Shown here: positions 60,391 through 64,000 of the stretch, piece by piece
How positions within the stretch are numbered: position 1 is the stretch's first letter
Layout: each line of letters starts with the position of its first letter
Assembly: GCA_905178155.1 (NCBI GenBank)
Contig: CAJINV010000015.1
Coordinates: 1,299,495-1,363,494, forward strand
Source: Amoebophrya sp. A120
Lineage: Eukaryota; Protista; Dinoflagellata
Length of the DNA: 64,000 nt
Direction of reading: 5' to 3'
Notes under the pieces: model-generated
The model's input: only the letters and a program-made list of their open reading frames with translations
What the model was told of the DNA's origin: nothing
Database searches by the model: none
Translations under genes and position numbers: made by a program

Positions 60391-62676
60391 ATGCCGTTGC
60401 CTACCGAGGCTGACGTACATAATGTACTGAAACGGGTCGAGTGCGACTCTATTCGTGAGCATCCGTTTGATACCGTGCAACACTTACCTAACCCGGCCAA
60501 TTTATCTCGTGAATCACTCACACAGCAGCACAACTTAGTAAAAAAATGGTCAGAAGAGACTCGTGAGCGATCAAGCGCAATCTTTGCGTCCATCGACGAG
60601 GAGATCAGGAAGCCGCAGGTGTGTAAGCACCTGGGCTTATGGGAGCTGCTTGGTGCGAAGTATCATTGCACAGACCCGCTCGCATGGACAGTGTGGCGCG
60701 ACGGGCTGGCAATGATAGGGAGATGCGAGGTAGACGAGTCCTGGTCACCGCGGAAAAAGCGGGACAAAATGAACGGCCGCGAAGAGGATTTTGTTCCTAG
60801 CAAGGTGGTGCAGGACATCCTCGATGGGAGACACAAAAAACCGGCGTGGTCCGACGAGTTGATCAAATTCACCTGGGACAGGTGTCTGGAGGAGACGAAA
60901 ATTGTGCCGGAGCTTGGGTGCGAGCTCCTAAGAGGGCCGCACCCAATTGCGGAGGACATTGTGACCAATGAGGAGGAAAGGATGAAAATCTACTACGGGT
61001 GCAGACGGTTCCCGCGTGTGCAGCCGAAGAAAATCAGAATGATCGACCCGGCGGTTTCTGCAAACGCCTGTTCACCGCTGGATAAGCGTGTGCCGATTCC
61101 TGGGGCTTTGGACGTGCTCGCAAATGCAGCAGCGGCGCGCGATCCTTCCGTTTGCGGTATGAAGATTGTGAAGCACAACAAGCGGATACTCCAAAAATGT
61201 AGAGGTGCAGAAAAACGGTACGAAGCCCAATTTGTGAAGATTGTGAAGAAGGAATTGCGGCAAATGGATGCGGATTTGATAAAAGAGTGCGCAGTACAGC
61301 CGAAGTACGAGGAGAAGCCAGTGTTCAGCAGTGAAGGGCTATCCAACAGGAAGAAGCGGAGGTTAGAGAACACGGCTCTCAACGAGTTGGAGTGCGTCTT
61401 GTTGGACATCGCGAAATGTTACAACAGCCTGATGGTTAAAGTCCAGCACCGGAAGTACAACACGGTGCTCGCGTACAACCCCGAGGTGGGCAGGTACTTC
61501 CGCTTCGAAGCTGTGTCTGCCATCTTCGGCAGCAGACACAGCGTCACCGGCTGGTGCCGGCCGGGCAAGCTGCTGCGGTCGGTGTTGAGGAAACATTATT
61601 TCCTCAACTCGGAGGATTACGTGGACGACTACCCCAATTGGGTGCCCAAGGGGCTCGGCGGCCTGGTCCGCGACTACTTGCTCGAGCTCCTGAAGCTACT
61701 GGGGCTTCCGGCGATGAACGATAAGATACAAGTCGCCGACCTCCTGGAGGTGTTGGGACTCCTTTTTGATGTTCGCGGCGACAAGCCGACTGTTGCTGTC
61801 ACCGAGCAGAAAAAAGCGCAGATCATCGCCACCTGCGATGCTGCGTTGTCCACGCTCTGGCTGGATGAACCCACGGCAAACGAATTGGTGGGGCGACTGA
61901 CGTTTGCGCTAGCCGCGGTGGCGGATCGGGCCCTAAGCCCGCTGCTGAAGCCCATCCGCAGGCACCTCTCGAAGCAGGAGACGGCAGTAACGCAGGCGGT
62001 GGCCAGCGCGTTGCACGCGGTCAAGGAAGTAATGAAGCTTCCGCTCAAAAGGAGCGTGTCCTTCGAGCCGACTTCCAGCAAAAGCGCCTTGCTCTACACC
62101 GACGCACAATGGTCAAATAAAAAAGGTGTTTTGGCTGCTGTGTACGTCGAAAGTGGCGTGTTCAAGTGCGTGCGGCAGCACGTGTGGGCAGACCTGCTGC
62201 GCCCGGACTTCGCGTTGTTTCCGATTAACGTCTTGGAAACCGCCGTGGCACCGCTTGCCCTGATGTACTTCGCCAAGGATCTGGCGGGCAAGCGGTTCGA
62301 CCACGCCATTGATAACACCTGCGCGCAGGAGAGTCTCCTGGCGCAGGGGAAAAGCGGGAAGCAGAAGTGGGTGTTTACTAGGTTGTGCGCGGAGTTTTGG
62401 ACCATCTCCGCCATGCACGACATGAAGCCGTGGAACACCCGGGTGCCGTCAGATTACAATCTGGCGGACTACCCGACCCGGGATGAAAAAATGGATGTGT
62501 TGTTGCGTGTGTTTCCTAGTCTTTTTTCAGAAATCAGTGAGTCTTTCCACATGGATACATATTTCAAGAAGATTCTCAAAGGAGATGTGTCGCAAAATGT
62601 GCATAAGCTCGCGTGTGTGTTGGCCGGTGACGAAGACACGGACCCTGGTGTGTCATCTGATGATGATCTTGTGTAG
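60391..62676 (+). CDS. Reverse transcriptase / RNase H (pol) of element 2
   Basis: LLDIAKCY, AIFGSRHS, DYVDDY, EVLGLLFD; LYTDAQ, INVLE, IDN, RVPSDYNLADYPTR; colinear with element 1 pol. Confidence 0.92.
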   Translation: MPLPTEADVHNVLKRVECDSIREHPFDTVQHLPNPANLSRESLTQQHNLVKKWSEETRERSSAIFASIDEEIRKPQVCKHLGLWELLGAKYHCTDPLAWTVWRDGLAMIGRCEVDESWSPRKKRDKMNGREEDFVPSKVVQDILDGRHKKPAWSDELIKFTWDRCLEETKIVPELGCELLRGPHPIAEDIVTNEEERMKIYYGCRRFPRVQPKKIRMIDPAVSANACSPLDKRVPIPGALDVLANAAAARDPSVCGMKIVKHNKRILQKCRGAEKRYEAQFVKIVKKELRQMDADLIKECAVQPKYEEKPVFSSEGLSNRKKRRLENTALNELECVLLDIAKCYNSLMVKVQHRKYNTVLAYNPEVGRYFRFEAVSAIFGSRHSVTGWCRPGKLLRSVLRKHYFLNSEDYVDDYPNWVPKGLGGLVRDYLLELLKLLGLPAMNDKIQVADLLEVLGLLFDVRGDKPTVAVTEQKKAQIIATCDAALSTLWLDEPTANELVGRLTFALAAVADRALSPLLKPIRRHLSKQETAVTQAVASALHAVKEVMKLPLKRSVSFEPTSSKSALLYTDAQWSNKKGVLAAVYVESGVFKCVRQHVWADLLRPDFALFPINVLETAVAPLALMYFAKDLAGKRFDHAIDNTCAQESLLAQGKSGKQKWVFTRLCAEFWTISAMHDMKPWNTRVPSDYNLADYPTRDEKMDVLLRVFPSLFSEISESFHMDTYFKKILKGDVSQNVHKLACVLAGDEDTDPGVSSDDDLV

Positions 62677-62937
62677 AATGTGACTCATCTCTCTGTTTTT
62701 TTTGTGAAAAAATGTGGCTTACATGTGAACGCAGTGTGCTAGTTATCTCAGGTCTGTTTGCACAGGTTGCTTGTGACTCAAGGTCAGTGGTGGTTGGTGT
62801 CGATACTACCGCTTTGCGCGCCGATAGCATGTTCTATCGCGGTGCACTACTTCGACGTGCTTGTGCGGTTCTGCGTTGTGACATCGTCTGTGACGCCTTT
62901 GTGCTTTCGCGTGTTGCATCCGTGGTTGTGTTGGAGC

Positions 62938-63104
62938 GGGGCCTCCCGGTTTCGTATCGAGCGTGCGCTCGATCCAGGCGTCAGCAGCTCGCTGTCTCTG
63001 CGCAGCGTCCGCGCAGGCGCTCGTCGAGTTCGTGGGACCAGACGGTAGTTGTACACCAGTACACCAAAGTGTAAGAGAGTAAAAGAAGAAAGACGAGAAA
63101 AGAA
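62938..63104. repeat. Element 2 terminal repeat B
   Basis: 167 bp, near-identical to 56147-56313. Confidence 0.9.
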
Positions 63105-64000
63105 ATTTTGGAAATTCCGAAGAATCGTACATGTATGCGCGTAGCTGCTGCGTGTTTGCTTTGAACGAATAACGCAAGTAATAAGTGTGCACAGATTTGC
63201 GCGAGCTTTTATATATTTTCACGGATTTTTGGCCATCTTTTGCATTCTCCTCATTTTTGAAATTTTTGGGATTTTGGAAAATCGAGCCCAGATGTCTTCG
63301 ATGTGATCTTATGAGGGTTAGCGGATAAAAAGAGCATGCAAAATCATGAAAAACAAGCGCAATTGCCGCTATTTCTGGCCGGATCCTCCCGCCCGGGCAC
63401 CGCAGTCGTCGTCGGCGAGGCCCGCGGATCTCTAGGCTTTTGGGAAAGCGGGCCAGATGCTGCAAGTTTGGCGCCAATGGGCCCCCACCAGCGACAAAGG
63501 CTGTGAGACGCCGTACGCAGGCCGCCCGGTGAAGCACTTTGGCCCGGGGCCCGGCAGCGTAGTCGCGTTCGCCCAGGTGGTCGGCTTTTGGGCTTTTTTA
63601 AAGATTTCCGCTGTCCTTGCCCGGGCCGCCCTTCTCGTCGGTCCATGCTCGCCCGCAGACACGGTTTCCGGCGGTGCTATTTTTGAAAGTTTGCCTGTGC
63701 AACGCATTCTGTAATCGGCCGCCTGCAATACAAAAGGGGGCCATAGCTACGGAATATGGCTCCGTAGCGCTATTTTTAAGCGGGACCCGGAGCCGAGACA
63801 GGATGGCCCTCGCACGCGGCCGTTCCGGATTCTCGGGGTTTTTAGGAACTAGGCTTGGGACAACATCCCGTGGGGCTTTAATCGGGCCCCGCTGCGGAAA
63901 CGGGTCGGCAGGGTCTGCGACTTTTCATGGGGTCCGGGAGCCGGGGTGGCGCCGCACTTCCCGCGCGCGCCGCGGCTGCGAATTTCCAGGCCTTTCAAAA

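Larger units (their letters stand above)
55271..63104 (+). mobile_element. Tyrosine-recombinase retrotransposon 2 (related family), full length
   Basis: Same organisation as element 1; A 55271-55434 = 56312-56475; B 56147-56313 = 62938-63104; B and A overlap at an AA core; no TSD. Confidence 0.9.

Noticed and set aside
60044-60430. Cys-rich ORF upstream of element 2 pol as a zinc-finger gene
   Set aside because: It is in a different frame from pol and the equivalent region of element 1 has no matching ORF; likely chance in TG-rich DNA, though an upstream pol exon is not excluded.
47072-63104. LTR retrotransposons or a prophage/integron
   Set aside because: No DDE integrase, protease, TG...CA LTRs or TSDs; the RT/RNase H motifs, YR and split repeats indicate the DIRS order.
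63742-63780. Dinoflagellate spliced-leader relic (CCGTAGC...ATTTT)
   Set aside because: Only 7 contiguous bases match DCCGTAGCCATTTTGGCTCAAG; better explained as a small local hairpin.

Overview
Eukaryotic genomic DNA. The architecture points to the parasitic dinoflagellate Amoebophrya (Syndiniales); this is inferred, not from a search. Bases 1-45.4 kb hold host genes, all on the minus strand: a large hypothetical protein, an ALYREF/Yra1-like RRM protein, a 13-kb gene with NDK-like domains, MLH1, a FAM13-like protein and a STRIP/Far11 homolog. These genes are interrupted by about 40 introner-type inserts of 95-350 bp from at least 7 families. The inserts have TAT...ATA-type termini, terminal inverted repeats and a 5-bp flanking direct repeat (25 are perfect), and the main families carry a shared internal YTGTSATGC motif. 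Wherever I tested it, removing the insert plus one repeat copy restores the reading frame, mostly without GT-AG. One introner contains a nested 1.25-kb element with an 8-bp TSD and a perfect 66-bp hairpin. Bases 47.1-63.1 kb hold two divergent, head-to-head, apparently intact tyrosine-recombinase (DIRS/Ngaro-like) retrotransposons. Their gene order is YR, then an intron-containing CCCH gag-like gene, then RT/RNase H. Their split direct repeats mirror the usual Ngaro/TOC1 layout, which suggests a retroelement whose genomic RNA is antisense to its spliced genes. Coordinates were read by eye and may be off by a few bases.
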